Source: Craspedostauros australis
Lineage: Eukaryota
NCBI GenBank assembly: GCA_030167865.1
Contig: JALAGF010003830.1
Location: forward strand, 1 to 58,402
Direction: 5' to 3'
Length of the DNA: 58,402 bases
Below are positions 21,789 through 32,160 of the stretch, in pieces. Made by a program: the position numbers and the translations under genes. The stretch's first letter is position 1. Every line of letters starts with the position of its first letter. The notes under the pieces were generated by a model that had not been told where the DNA came from, did not search any database, and saw nothing but the letters and a program-made list of their open reading frames with translations.

Positions 21789-23438
21789 TTAGTCACTGTC
21801 GATATCGACATCCTTCCCACCGTCGCTGTCACCACCCCCGCCGCCACCACGGCTTTCGTCATCGGAATCGGATCCGCCACCCTTCTTCTTTTTCTTTTTC
21901 TTCTTCTTGCTTTTGCTCTCTTCGTCGGAGGACGCATCAATATCCATGCCACCGTACTCTGTGGCTTGCGATGTGTGCATGGATGCTTTATCATTTCTCG
22001 ATTTGGCACTTTGTCGTTTCATCAGGGAGTTGACAAAGTTTCCGATGGCGTCGGGTTTGTCGTTGTTCTCATTGTCGTCTTGTTGTGTCTTGCGCCCTAA
22101 GAGATTCGAGAAGATGGAAGTGCTCGCTGATTTGTTTTTCCCCGAAGATGACTGCTCTTCGAGTTCCGCATCGGGTGGAACGTAATCGCCATCCACGTCA
22201 CCGAAGATATCGTCGTCATCAGAGTCGTCATCGACGCTGCTTTGACTGCTGGAGCCCGTACTGGTGGATTTGCTCTTTTTCTTCTTGCTCTTCGCGGCTG
22301 CAACTTCCGCCGCTGCCTTCTTTGCGGCTGCCGCCTCCGACGCCGCGATCTGCCGTTCCCGTTGTTGTCGCAACTTGAAAGAGTCCATGCTGCTCTGCAA
22401 TCGCTCGATGATGGCCATCGAGCATGGCGTGGCGGGCTGGCAGTGATCGACGTAATCGTTGATCTCCAACGGCGTCTCCCAGGCGCGCTTGCGATCGTGC
22501 GGCAAGCCGTGCAACGCGAAGCGCAGGATCGATCGCTGGATGTTGCTGGCAGCGACGGACAGTGGTCGCAGCAATGCGGATCGGGCATCCAACGCCGGGG
22601 AGGGTGGCGCGATGTGATCGGCTGCGCACTGTTCGAGCAGCTGATCGAGATACTGTTGTTGCTCCATGGTCTTTCCCGTGATGTCGCCGAGTCTGTACGT
22701 TTGGAGATTGGCGATTGCATCTTCGGCCGTCATGAGGCGGGTGTCTTCCTTTGCATTGCCTTCGGAACTGTTGTCATCATCGTCGTCCTTATCTTTGTCG
22801 TTGCGATAGGAGAAGTAGACGTCATCGTCGTCTTCCTCTCGAATGAAGTTGCTGAAGGCAATATGATCCTTGCTCTCTCTCGTTTGCACCTTCTCACGGA
22901 TGATCTGGAGCAACTGACGCAACTGTTTTTCTTCGGGCGTCTCCGCCTTCCTCTTCTTCATGGCAGCCGGTTCACTCTTGTTGTTGGTGTTGTTGCTGTT
23001 GCTCAGTTGGATTCGTTGCTTCTTATTTGATGTGCTTTCGTTGGAAGCGTACTTCCTCGGAAAGAATTGCTGCTGATCCTTCACAGATGACGACTGCGCC
23101 TTCTGCTCCGCATCACCCGGCATGCCGCCCATAATGCCCTCTCGACGTTCCTTGGCGCGATCGCGGTACTTGGGTGTCGCATCCTCCTCGTCATCATCGG
23201 AATCGTCGTCCTTCTTCCGCTTCTTCTTTTTGGAATCCGCCAATCGCTTGCTGCGCTTGCGGTCGTCCTCTTCTTCACTGCTGGAATCGCTTCCGCTGCC
23301 GCTGTCCCCACCCCTGTTGGGGCGTCCACGTTTGCGCTTGCGCTTGTAGTCATCCTCCACCGCCTTGCGAGCAAATTGCTTGGAGGACGACGGCGAAGAT
23401 CGTTTTCTCACGAGATCGCGGAATGCGTCGTTGTCCAT
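21789..23438 (-). CDS. RED/IK-like (RED_N motif) nuclear protein, putative splicing factor
   Basis: MDNDAFRDLV start at 23438 and PKYRDRAKERREG are RED N-terminal motifs. Also DDDDIFGDVDGDYVP and basic/acidic low-complexity tracts. Confidence 0.65.
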   Translation of the reverse strand: MDNDAFRDLVRKRSSPSSSKQFARKAVEDDYKRKRKRGRPNRGGDSGSGSDSSSEEEDDRKRSKRLADSKKKKRKKDDDSDDDEEDATPKYRDRAKERREGIMGGMPGDAEQKAQSSSVKDQQQFFPRKYASNESTSNKKQRIQLSNSNNTNNKSEPAAMKKRKAETPEEKQLRQLLQIIREKVQTRESKDHIAFSNFIREEDDDDVYFSYRNDKDKDDDDDNSSEGNAKEDTRLMTAEDAIANLQTYRLGDITGKTMEQQQYLDQLLEQCAADHIAPPSPALDARSALLRPLSVAASNIQRSILRFALHGLPHDRKRAWETPLEINDYVDHCQPATPCSMAIIERLQSSMDSFKLRQQRERQIAASEAAAAKKAAAEVAAAKSKKKKSKSTSTGSSSQSSVDDDSDDDDIFGDVDGDYVPPDAELEEQSSSGKNKSASTSIFSNLLGRKTQQDDNENNDKPDAIGNFVNSLMKRQSAKSRNDKASMHTSQATEYGGMDIDASSDEESKSKKKKKKKKKGGGSDSDDESRGGGGGGDSDGGKDVDIDSD

Positions 23439-23974
23439 CGTCGTGGTCGGGCGGATCTTGGGTTGATCGGTGTCTACTCGATGGTATACAGGTATGTGTG
23501 GTATTGTCTGGGATGGAACGGGGCAGACAGTATGCACCACTATCAGAGCAGGTGCGCTGATGATCTGATCGCTCGATGTGTGTCGATCATCCAGTGTCGA
23601 ATGGCGGAGGCAGACTTTGCGTCGTTTGGGCAGATTTGTCGGTGATTGATGTGATGCGTTCATCATTTTTTGCGCCATGATTGGTGGTGAGGCAAAACCC
23701 GAATTTCGATTCATTCGACTACATCCTCACCAACGATCGTATCTTTCTGGATCTGCAAAACATTCCCACCAAAGCGAAGCTAATTGATGTGATGTGATGC
23801 GATGCGAAGTGGGGCCAAACCGCCAAACCACACCATCGTCGTTGCCATCGTCATCATTGTTACCTACACTCTCATCAATGCTGTCGAAGGGCAGCTGCAA
23901 GGCGACGAGGAGAAACATTTGAACAACCCCACAATCGAAAGGGCCACACAACAAAGGCCGAAGGTTGCAGGATC
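23439..23974. promoter_or_regulatory. Putative bidirectional promoter between the RED-like and FTO-ASCH genes
   Basis: Divergent start codons about 540 bp apart, with CA-rich leaders on each sense strand. Confidence 0.5.
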
Positions 23975-26785
23975 ATGGTGAAGCCAAGGAAGAGCCGAAA
24001 CGGCAGAAAGCTGAAGAAGAACGGGGCATCGTGGAAGCAAGATGCGTCGGTGGCGGCATCACCTTCGAAAGGAGCATCGGCAGCATCGCCCGCCAAGAGC
24101 AGGAGCGATTACTGCGCCCCATCCACGACCACATCCAATGGAAAGCACCAGCATCAGCCATACCCGCTTCCATTTCCACCAGGATTCCAGTGGCCGAAGG
24201 ATGATTTTCTGAGAAATGAAGGACCGTACAAAGACTCGTTCAAGGCAGCCTTGGAGACATCGTACGAAGGATTCGTGGTGGAGAATAGCGACCAGTTGCT
24301 GGCGAGCAGAGATGATGACGCATCGATGTCGATCAAGGAGAATGTCGTGCAGAGCGCTCTGTCAAGCATGGTCGACGAAGGGTACTTTCGGTACGACGTG
24401 ACGCAGCCATTTGGCTTGGGAACCAAGTGCGCGAAGACGTACGTGACACGATGCGTCGTCGGGGAGCATGGCACAACCTACAAATACCTCGGGCTACGCA
24501 TGTTCGCGATCCCATGGAGTTCTGCATCACCCGATGGTCATCCAAAGACGGATGAGACGATCACGCCGCGTCAACAGATTCATCGTCTCTGCACGAGCTT
24601 GTCACAACGCACGCAGCAACATCTCGAGGCCCTCACTGCTACGCGCAGGCGACGCAATGCGGCACCCACACGAGGACGCTCCATCTACGATATTTGTCTC
24701 ATCAACCGCATGGAGTACTCGGACGATCTCAAGGAGGAACCAACCACATCGGGCAAGTACAAGACCACGGTGTCGTGGCACGCGGATTCATCCCTCGAAC
24801 ACTTCTCGTCCATCGCTGTGTATCAGACCATCGTGGGTGCCGTTTCTCAAACGCATCCAACCAACAAGCGCAAACGTCGCAACAAACACAGTAGCAACGG
24901 GAACAACGAGTACAACAAGTACAACGGGAATAAGAGAAACAACAACAGCAGCCCAAAAGGCAAGACGAAGGAAACATCGCAACCAGATTCATCATCATCG
25001 TGGTCAGTCGCGCTGCGCGTCTCGCACGACGCGGAAGGTCCCGGTGCCTGGCGTCGTGGCATGGATATCGATTCCACCATCGACCCCACGATTCCACCGA
25101 TCGCAGCATCCTTGCCCACCGGTGCAGCCTACTACCTGCTCGATGATTTCAATCACCATCATCAGCATACGGTCCTTGCATCACAATCGCCGACGCAGGG
25201 CAGCGCGCGATACTCCTGCACCTTCCGTCTACTGCGCGAAAGTCACAACGTCCATTTCGTGCTGCAGCGATGCCGCAATACGTGCTCCAACTTCCACAAG
25301 AAGGGCATCAAGCTGTGGCGATCCGAGCAGCTGCTGTTGACGGAAATGGAATCGGAATGGTTGCGGCAGTTCTACATCCAAGGCCAGCAGCACTACGATC
25401 TCATGATGAAGCACAACACGTGGTGGACGCAGCCTATTCATGAGTTGCTGCGATACTGGTGCCGTCTCGAGACCCGGACGAGGCAGGTTGTGGATTTGCT
25501 GCTGGCGGCGGCGCGAGGGCGGTGCAACACAAATACCGTCACCACGCCCAACGCACTGCCGCGCAAGGAGCGCAAGGCTGAGGAACGCCGCAAGAAGGCG
25601 GCTGCCACCATCCTGGAGTTGATGCATCGTGCGGCAGCCAGTGATGCTGATCATCCCGATGCGCATCTCTTTTACGAACCAATGGCAGAATTGTTGGAGG
25701 AGCGTGCCAAGATGCGAGGGTTGTGGAACAAACGGGAACATGACCATGTCTTCCATCTGATGGACAAATCTTGTCGGCCACTGCCGCTGCCAGTTGAATT
25801 CCAAAGCACTGCTGCTGCGGGAGCACAGTACAGCTCTCCCATGCCTGGAACAGCCAAGGAGCTGCGAGAGCTGGCAGCCGATCTGCGCAAATCTGGCCGT
25901 GCATTCGCATCTTGCGACGCAAAGGATTTGCCAGAGCTGAAAGACGTCGTCGTTGTGACCAATGGCGACAGCAGTATCGGCGATCATTCAAACGCAAAGA
26001 ACAAGGGCGACACGAACATTGCGCTCGACCACACAAAGAACAGCGGCGACAAGAATGAGAACAGCGATTCTAACTCGCGTGTTGAGCAAGTGAAGTTGAA
26101 TTGGCATGGTTGGCAAGCCGCCAAACCAGAATCTCCTTCGCGCAAATTCTTCGCGCTGGAAATGCAAAGTCCCTGGGCGAGCGCCGTGCTGGATGGCAGC
26201 AAGATCATCGAAACTCGATTGTATCCCTTGCCACCCTCGTTGATGGGCGTCCGCATCGCCATTTTGGAATCGCCGTTGGGTGACGCAGGCATCAGCCAAC
26301 TGGGGAATGTCTTGCAATGTAGCGACATCTGCATTGCGGGATGGTGCGTCTTTGAATCCACTGTGGAGTACGCACAGCGATCCCAATTCGAGGCCGACGC
26401 AGCGCTACACCTGGTGAAGCCCGAGAGCGGATACGGATGGAAGGATGGGGTGACGAAGAAGGTGTACGGCTGGAAAGTTGACAGCGTGCAGCGGTGCTCC
26501 AACTTGCAGGATATCGTACCGCCGTCGTCGTGGCGCGCCGCGAACTACACGCATGCGATTCGTCGCATGAGATCGTTGTTTGAATTCGTGAGCGAGGAGC
26601 AGGCGGCTGCAGTATCGGCAGCATCGGCAGCCTCCTCCTTATCTGACCCTCACGTCGTCAGCAGCAACAGTCTAGACAACGGCCAGCGCGATGGCCTCGG
26701 TGGCAGGCCAAAGAGAAAGAAGAAGGCGAAGAAACAGAAGATGAACGCCAAAGATGGCACAAAGGTGAAGAAGAGGAGGTACTGA
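23975..26785 (+). CDS. FTO: FTO Fe(II)/2-oxoglutarate nucleic-acid demethylase fused to a C-terminal ASCH (PUA-like) domain
   Basis: FTO motifs TRCVVGEHGTTYKYLGLRMFAIPW, CLINRM, VSWHAD (HxD), YYLLDDFNHHHQH, RYSCTFR, and FTO C-domain ESEWLRQFYIQG. The same uninterrupted ORF then contains the ASCH signature ALEMQSPWASAVLDGSKIIETR. Confidence 0.93.
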   Translation: MVKPRKSRNGRKLKKNGASWKQDASVAASPSKGASAASPAKSRSDYCAPSTTTSNGKHQHQPYPLPFPPGFQWPKDDFLRNEGPYKDSFKAALETSYEGFVVENSDQLLASRDDDASMSIKENVVQSALSSMVDEGYFRYDVTQPFGLGTKCAKTYVTRCVVGEHGTTYKYLGLRMFAIPWSSASPDGHPKTDETITPRQQIHRLCTSLSQRTQQHLEALTATRRRRNAAPTRGRSIYDICLINRMEYSDDLKEEPTTSGKYKTTVSWHADSSLEHFSSIAVYQTIVGAVSQTHPTNKRKRRNKHSSNGNNEYNKYNGNKRNNNSSPKGKTKETSQPDSSSSWSVALRVSHDAEGPGAWRRGMDIDSTIDPTIPPIAASLPTGAAYYLLDDFNHHHQHTVLASQSPTQGSARYSCTFRLLRESHNVHFVLQRCRNTCSNFHKKGIKLWRSEQLLLTEMESEWLRQFYIQGQQHYDLMMKHNTWWTQPIHELLRYWCRLETRTRQVVDLLLAAARGRCNTNTVTTPNALPRKERKAEERRKKAAATILELMHRAAASDADHPDAHLFYEPMAELLEERAKMRGLWNKREHDHVFHLMDKSCRPLPLPVEFQSTAAAGAQYSSPMPGTAKELRELAADLRKSGRAFASCDAKDLPELKDVVVVTNGDSSIGDHSNAKNKGDTNIALDHTKNSGDKNENSDSNSRVEQVKLNWHGWQAAKPESPSRKFFALEMQSPWASAVLDGSKIIETRLYPLPPSLMGVRIAILESPLGDAGISQLGNVLQCSDICIAGWCVFESTVEYAQRSQFEADAALHLVKPESGYGWKDGVTKKVYGWKVDSVQRCSNLQDIVPPSSWRAANYTHAIRRMRSLFEFVSEEQAAAVSAASAASSLSDPHVVSSNSLDNGQRDGLGGRPKRKKKAKKQKMNAKDGTKVKKRRY

Positions 26786-27067
26786 TCGAAACATTTGGCA
26801 CAATCCTGAGTGGTGGTATGTACTAGTAGAATAGAGTGGACTGCGTAGAGTAGAGTCTGAAGTGGTGCCATACGACGTAGTACGAGTAGTGTGGCATTCC
26901 TTTACGCCCTAGCGACATTATGCAGTTTGCGGCTTTCATCGCACTGTTGCCGTACTCCAGAGAGTAGGATCATATAGAGCCGAAGATCTTCACACGGAGA
27001 TTGACCTGTGGCGGTGCCTTAGTCACACGCCGTTCCCAGCGCAAGGATGCAATAATCATGATCAGAA

Positions 27068-30024
27068 TCATGATAACGACGAGTCGTCTGAACTGAAACC
27101 AGGCAGCCGTCTTTTCCTGCGTTCACCATCCTTTCCGGACACGACAGCCTGATTTCCACGCGCGCCTCCGTCCTTGTTGATGACCGGTCGCTTTGGCTTG
27201 ATGCCCTTGTTGATGATGTCACGAACTTCATCGCCGGTCAGAGTCTCGTACTCCAACAACGTCTGCGCCAGCAAGTGGTGCTTCTTGGAGTATTTGGTGA
27301 GCAGATGCCTCGCTCGTTCGTACGACGAATCGGTCAATCGTTTGACCTCGCCATCGATCTTGTTCCGCGTTTCCTCAGATGCATGCTCTTCACCTGTCTG
27401 TCCGCCGTGGTGGACTAGGCCGATGGTTTCTGAGAATCCGTACTTCGTCACCATGTTACGCGCGATGCGAGTGGCATTGCTGATGTCGCTCATGGCACCG
27501 GATGTGGCTTCTTCTCTGCCGAATATCAGTTCCTCCGCGACACGGCCACCCATGGAGACATCCATCATGGCGACCATCTGCTTCAACGATTGTGAGGTTT
27601 GGTCGCCTTCCGGGAGCATCGTAACCATGCCCAGAGCCTGGCCACGTGGCATGATGGTGGCCTTGTGAATTGGCATGGCACCCTCTGTCAAAACGGCGAC
27701 AAGGGCATGCCCAGCCTCGTGGTACGCTGTGCATTTGGCGGTCTCTGGTGTGATGACGGCGGTCTTGCGTTCGGCGCCCATGAGGATCTTATCCTTCGCG
27801 TACTCCATCGTCGTCATATCAATGCTCGCGAGACCGTCCACGCTGGCCTTCAGAGCAGCCTGGTTGATCAAGTTGAAGAGGTCCGCACCGGAGAATCCGG
27901 TTGTGCCGCGTGCCAAGACGTTGAGGTCGACATCCTTGTGGAGCTTGGTCTTCTTGGCGTACATTTCCAGAATCTCCTTGCGACCTCCCACGTCTGGCAA
28001 GGGCACGGTGACATGCTTGTCGAAACGACCTGGACGCAACAAAGCCTGATCCAGCGACTCCACGAAATTCGTGGCTCCGATGACGATGATTCCGTTGTTC
28101 TCTTCGAATCCATCCATTTGCACCAGCAGTTCTGCGAGAGTGGGCGTGTGTTGTTGTTGTTGTTATCCATGTCGCAATATTGCAATGTGCGAATATGGAG
28201 CGCACAGGATGTGTGCGTGTGAGTACAGGCGTGAGACCGTGCGCGAGAGTGTCGAAACTGATCGACTATTCTGAAACAAGGCACAGCATACAAAACCAAT
28301 TTCAACCCAGAAAAAGGATGCCACATGCGCATGCAGACATACACACGAACACACGTACCGTTCAATGTCATTTTGAGGGCCGACTGGTCCTTCAGCTTTC
28401 GGTTGCCTCCGACTGCATCGATTTCGTCAATGAAGATGATGCAGGGGCTCTTGATCTTGGCAGCCTCAAATAGTTCTCGGACGCGCTTGGCACCCAACCC
28501 AACGTAAACCTCTTCGAATTGCGATCCGGAGCTGTAGAAAAAGGGGACATCGGCTTCGCCAGCAATGGCCTTGGCCAGCAGCGTTTTACCCGTACCGGGC
28601 GGACCCGTCAAAAGGAGACCGCGTGGCAGCTTTCCGCCAAGTCTGGTGAATTTGGATGGATTCTTGAGGTACATGACGATCTCTTCGAGTTCCGCCTTGG
28701 CCTCTTGGACGCCCTTGACATCATCGAATGTGACATCCGTCTTGTCCGACGCCTCCTGCACGTGCTTGGAGCCGGCGTTCATGCCCAGCCCACGTCCGAC
28801 CCCGCGTTCGTCGAGCACGGCCGAAATCGCCGACACGACGACGAATGCCAGCACAACACGTCCCGCCAAGGAAAGGAGCGCCGCGCGAGTGGAGGTTGGG
28901 TTCTGAATTTGGACATGCACCGGCGTCTTCGAATCCATGCCACGCATCATGCCTCCCGCACCCCCAGTCAGAGCGGATGCTCCCGCCCCTGCCATGGCTG
29001 CGGCGCCCACCGAACCGGCACCGCCGCTGACCAGGAACCGCGCAAAGCTGGCCACCTGCTGCGACTTGCTGAGCTTTCGCGATTCCTCCAGAAAGTCCTG
29101 ATACTCCGGCAAGGAGGACATATTCAAACGCTGGCCCAATTCGCTGAGCTGGAATTCGCTGTAATGGTTGGTCTTTTGGATGGCATCCAGGTAGAGCGAC
29201 GCGATGCGTGTGTCGATGGCAAGATGCTGGAACATGTCATGCCCAACCCGATCGACGACTGCCTGGTAATGGCCATTCTGGAAGAGCTGCGAGACGAATT
29301 GATATTGCGCGTTGGCATCGTTGGGACGGGTGTTGGCCACTGTCTCCAACGTCTTGAGCTGCACAGTCTGCATACGTTCCGTCATGGCATTTGCCAACGT
29401 AAAGATTGATCTTGTTGTTGTTATTGATGTGGAAGAGGCCATTGGGCTTGACATTGGCAATGGCATTTGCAGTGGTGCTCTTCCTGGCATCGTGTTCAAA
29501 CTTGACGTGCTGGTGATGCTGTAGTTCGCAGCATCATTCACAAGCGCAGCCATGCGCTGTTGATGAAGTTCTCTCAGTTTGGGAAAGTCCTGCATTGCAG
29601 AATAGTATTCGTTTGGATTCAATTTGATGCAGTCGTATGGTGCAGATGGATGATGCAGTTCGATGATGGACAGTGGATAGACAAGCAAGTGCGAGGTATA
29701 ATATTACAGAAGGCATGTCAGTTGCTTTTCAGTGGCTTGGCATGAGCGTGTGCGTCAATGAATAGCACAGCGTGCGCGCGGCTGCACTCTTTCTTTTGTC
29801 GTTTATACTGTGCGTTCCAGTTCGGTGTCTCCAAGCATACAAGTACGTATGGCGCCCAGACGATGAAGCCGATCGCCACTCACCCGAAATCTGGCGCCGT
29901 TGGCGTTCGTCCCCAGCAGGGTTGATCCTTGTCGTGATCGTCCCCCATCCGAAGAAAGACGGTATGACAACGACGATGAAGACGACGGCTGCAGGCCCGA
30001 ACCGCTCAGCATTGAGCTCATCAT
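27068..30024 (-). CDS. YME1: ATP-dependent zinc metalloprotease, mitochondrial i-AAA (YME1/FtsH4); exons 30024-29884 (tentative), 29589-28359, 28131-27068
   Basis: Walker A GPPGTGKT, Walker [20 protein letters not shown], and HEAGH zinc motif. Intron 28358-28132 restores [14 protein letters not shown] Ser/Arg-rich first exon joins in phase 0 via GTGAGT(29883)...ATGCAG(29590). Confidence 0.93.
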
Positions 30025-32160
30025 GGTGGAGCGGATTCAATGGATCTGAGCGGGTTTGGAATTGGAGAGCTGGGATGAAGGTGGAGCGGCGTCTCGAGTA
30101 CGATCTAGTGTACTTGTATTGTTCAATGCCCTCCAGAGAGCGTTTGTTGTCTGAAAGGCAGTTCGATTGTCTCGGAGTTCCGAAGGTGTGGACAGTTCTC
30201 ACAATGTGGGTGTCAGATGCGATGCGGCGTGCTCGTGCTGTGTGGCCAAATTCGATCAAGTGCGCAAGGAGGTGTTGGGTGTTGCCAACGATGCTGCAAG
30301 TGCGGACGACGGTGTTGGTGTGTCGGTGTGTCGGTGTGTCGGTGTGTTGCTGAGTCGGATGTTTGTCTCTGTTGTCATGGATGACCAAGACAGGGACGAC
30401 GGCAGTGGGATACGAGAAGGCTCTGTCTTGTGTGTTCCTCGTTGTTGTTGTTGTTGTCGTCATCGGTGTCGTTCGCTCTGTGCTCTCTTGGTGCCGCGTG
30501 GTTGTCCTCGTGTTTCCCACTCAGCTTTCTGCGTCTTTCAAGAAGATCGATCTTCTTCGATCTGGGTCCATTCTCCGACCCATTTGATTACATAGGCCGT
30601 GAACGACTCATTCGATCATAGGCTAAGTTCCCAGTCGAGACGTTGGTCCACTGGCGCACATGTGCGCACATTCGCGAACTCTAACATGGCCTTTCCTGCT
30701 CCATCTCCGTCTTCTTCGCAACAGCCATGCAAGCACAAGCGCAGGCACAAGGAGGCAAAATCCCATCCAGAAATCAAGCCATCACCAACATGGTACTATA
30801 CTGCCAGAGGGAATGGCCAGCACGGCCAACGGAAAATGGAAATAGGTTCATGGACACGACCATCTCCATGTCGGCGTCCGATTTCACAATTGCGCCGACA
30901 TTTCTTCAACAGCCACCAATTTCCGCGGAGAGTTTCATCAGGTGGTGCTCTCCACCTCGACTTGCTGCTCAACTCCGACCAAGACCATGCGTCCGAGGAT
31001 GGCCCTCTGTTTGAGCTTTCCTCCTCGGGCCATTCGCCAAAACATGGGAGACGTTGGGTGACGATTCTCATGTCCGCAACGAAAACCTGAACAGCAAGTC
31101 CAACAGCAAGTGCAACAGCATCACAAACACGCATGGGCACTTGCATTTATCGAATGTTTCACAGAATCTGTGATGAGATGTGGTGTGCTAAGATGTGATG
31201 TGATGTGATACAGAAGAGAAGTGTACCTGTCCGAGCAGTCCTCGTATAGTCATTGTAAGTACGTACTATACTTGTTCTCCTTGCGTAGTAGTACCTCGTA
31301 CTCTTGCGTTGTGTGCCACACAGGAGAGTGGTCATTTTCAGTTGTCACGAACATCATTTGCATTCTGTGTGTGGTGCGAGCATGTATGGCCGAGTGTGAC
31401 ACTGTGTGGGCGCTTGAATCCATCCAACATGCTCACCATGCTCTCTATTGGACACTCCGATGCCAAAGTCATGGGTATTCCAACTCCGTTGAATCCGTAA
31501 GGTGACTGTGAATCCCGAACTACTTAACGCTCCCTCCAAAAGGCAGATGTACGCGTTGGGCTGAGACATGGGACAGGATCGGCTTTAACTCCCACGAGCG
31601 GTTAAGCACCTCACCCCGCGCGCGCAACGGAACCGTGACATCCGGCTCACTGTTCCAAAACGACTTGTTCACAACTCCAATGCACATCAAATTTTTTGCA
31701 CATGCCTGTCTCCGCCTTTTGTTCATTGCATTCATCTCTCTTTCGTTGGTGTTGGTGTTTGTGCCTGTTTCCTGGATTGCGAGCATCATGTCCCACTCGA
31801 CCAGACATCTACTGATCGGCAGATTGGTGGCTCTTTTCTTCGTTCAATCGCCCCCCTGCCATCCTTGTGCGATCGGGCTTTGTACAGCCGGCCTTCGTCT
31901 CCCGCCCTTCACAAAATTATTTGGAACAGAACATCATCGCTGCTCCCCACCCATCATTCGCCTCTCTCTCTCTCTCTCTTTCTGTGTGCGCGTGTGTCAA
32001 TCTCTTCCTCGACGTGGCTTCAGACTTTCTGGCACCATCTCTGGTCGATCACATAAAGTCATTCCATCCATCCTCTCATCCCGTCACATCGCATCACATT
32101 GCATTGCATCTACTTTGCAAGGAATCAGCATTCACCGTCCCCCTTCTTTCCACTGTCACC

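Noticed and set aside
4040-30024. TOM40, complex I subunit and YME1 as a mitochondrial gene cluster
   Set aside because: They are separated by many unrelated genes, which is compatible with chance in a gene-dense genome.
29729-30520. 263-aa minus-strand ORF upstream of YME1
   Set aside because: Made largely of CA-rich leader repeats, and it overlaps the likelier first YME1 exon in another frame.
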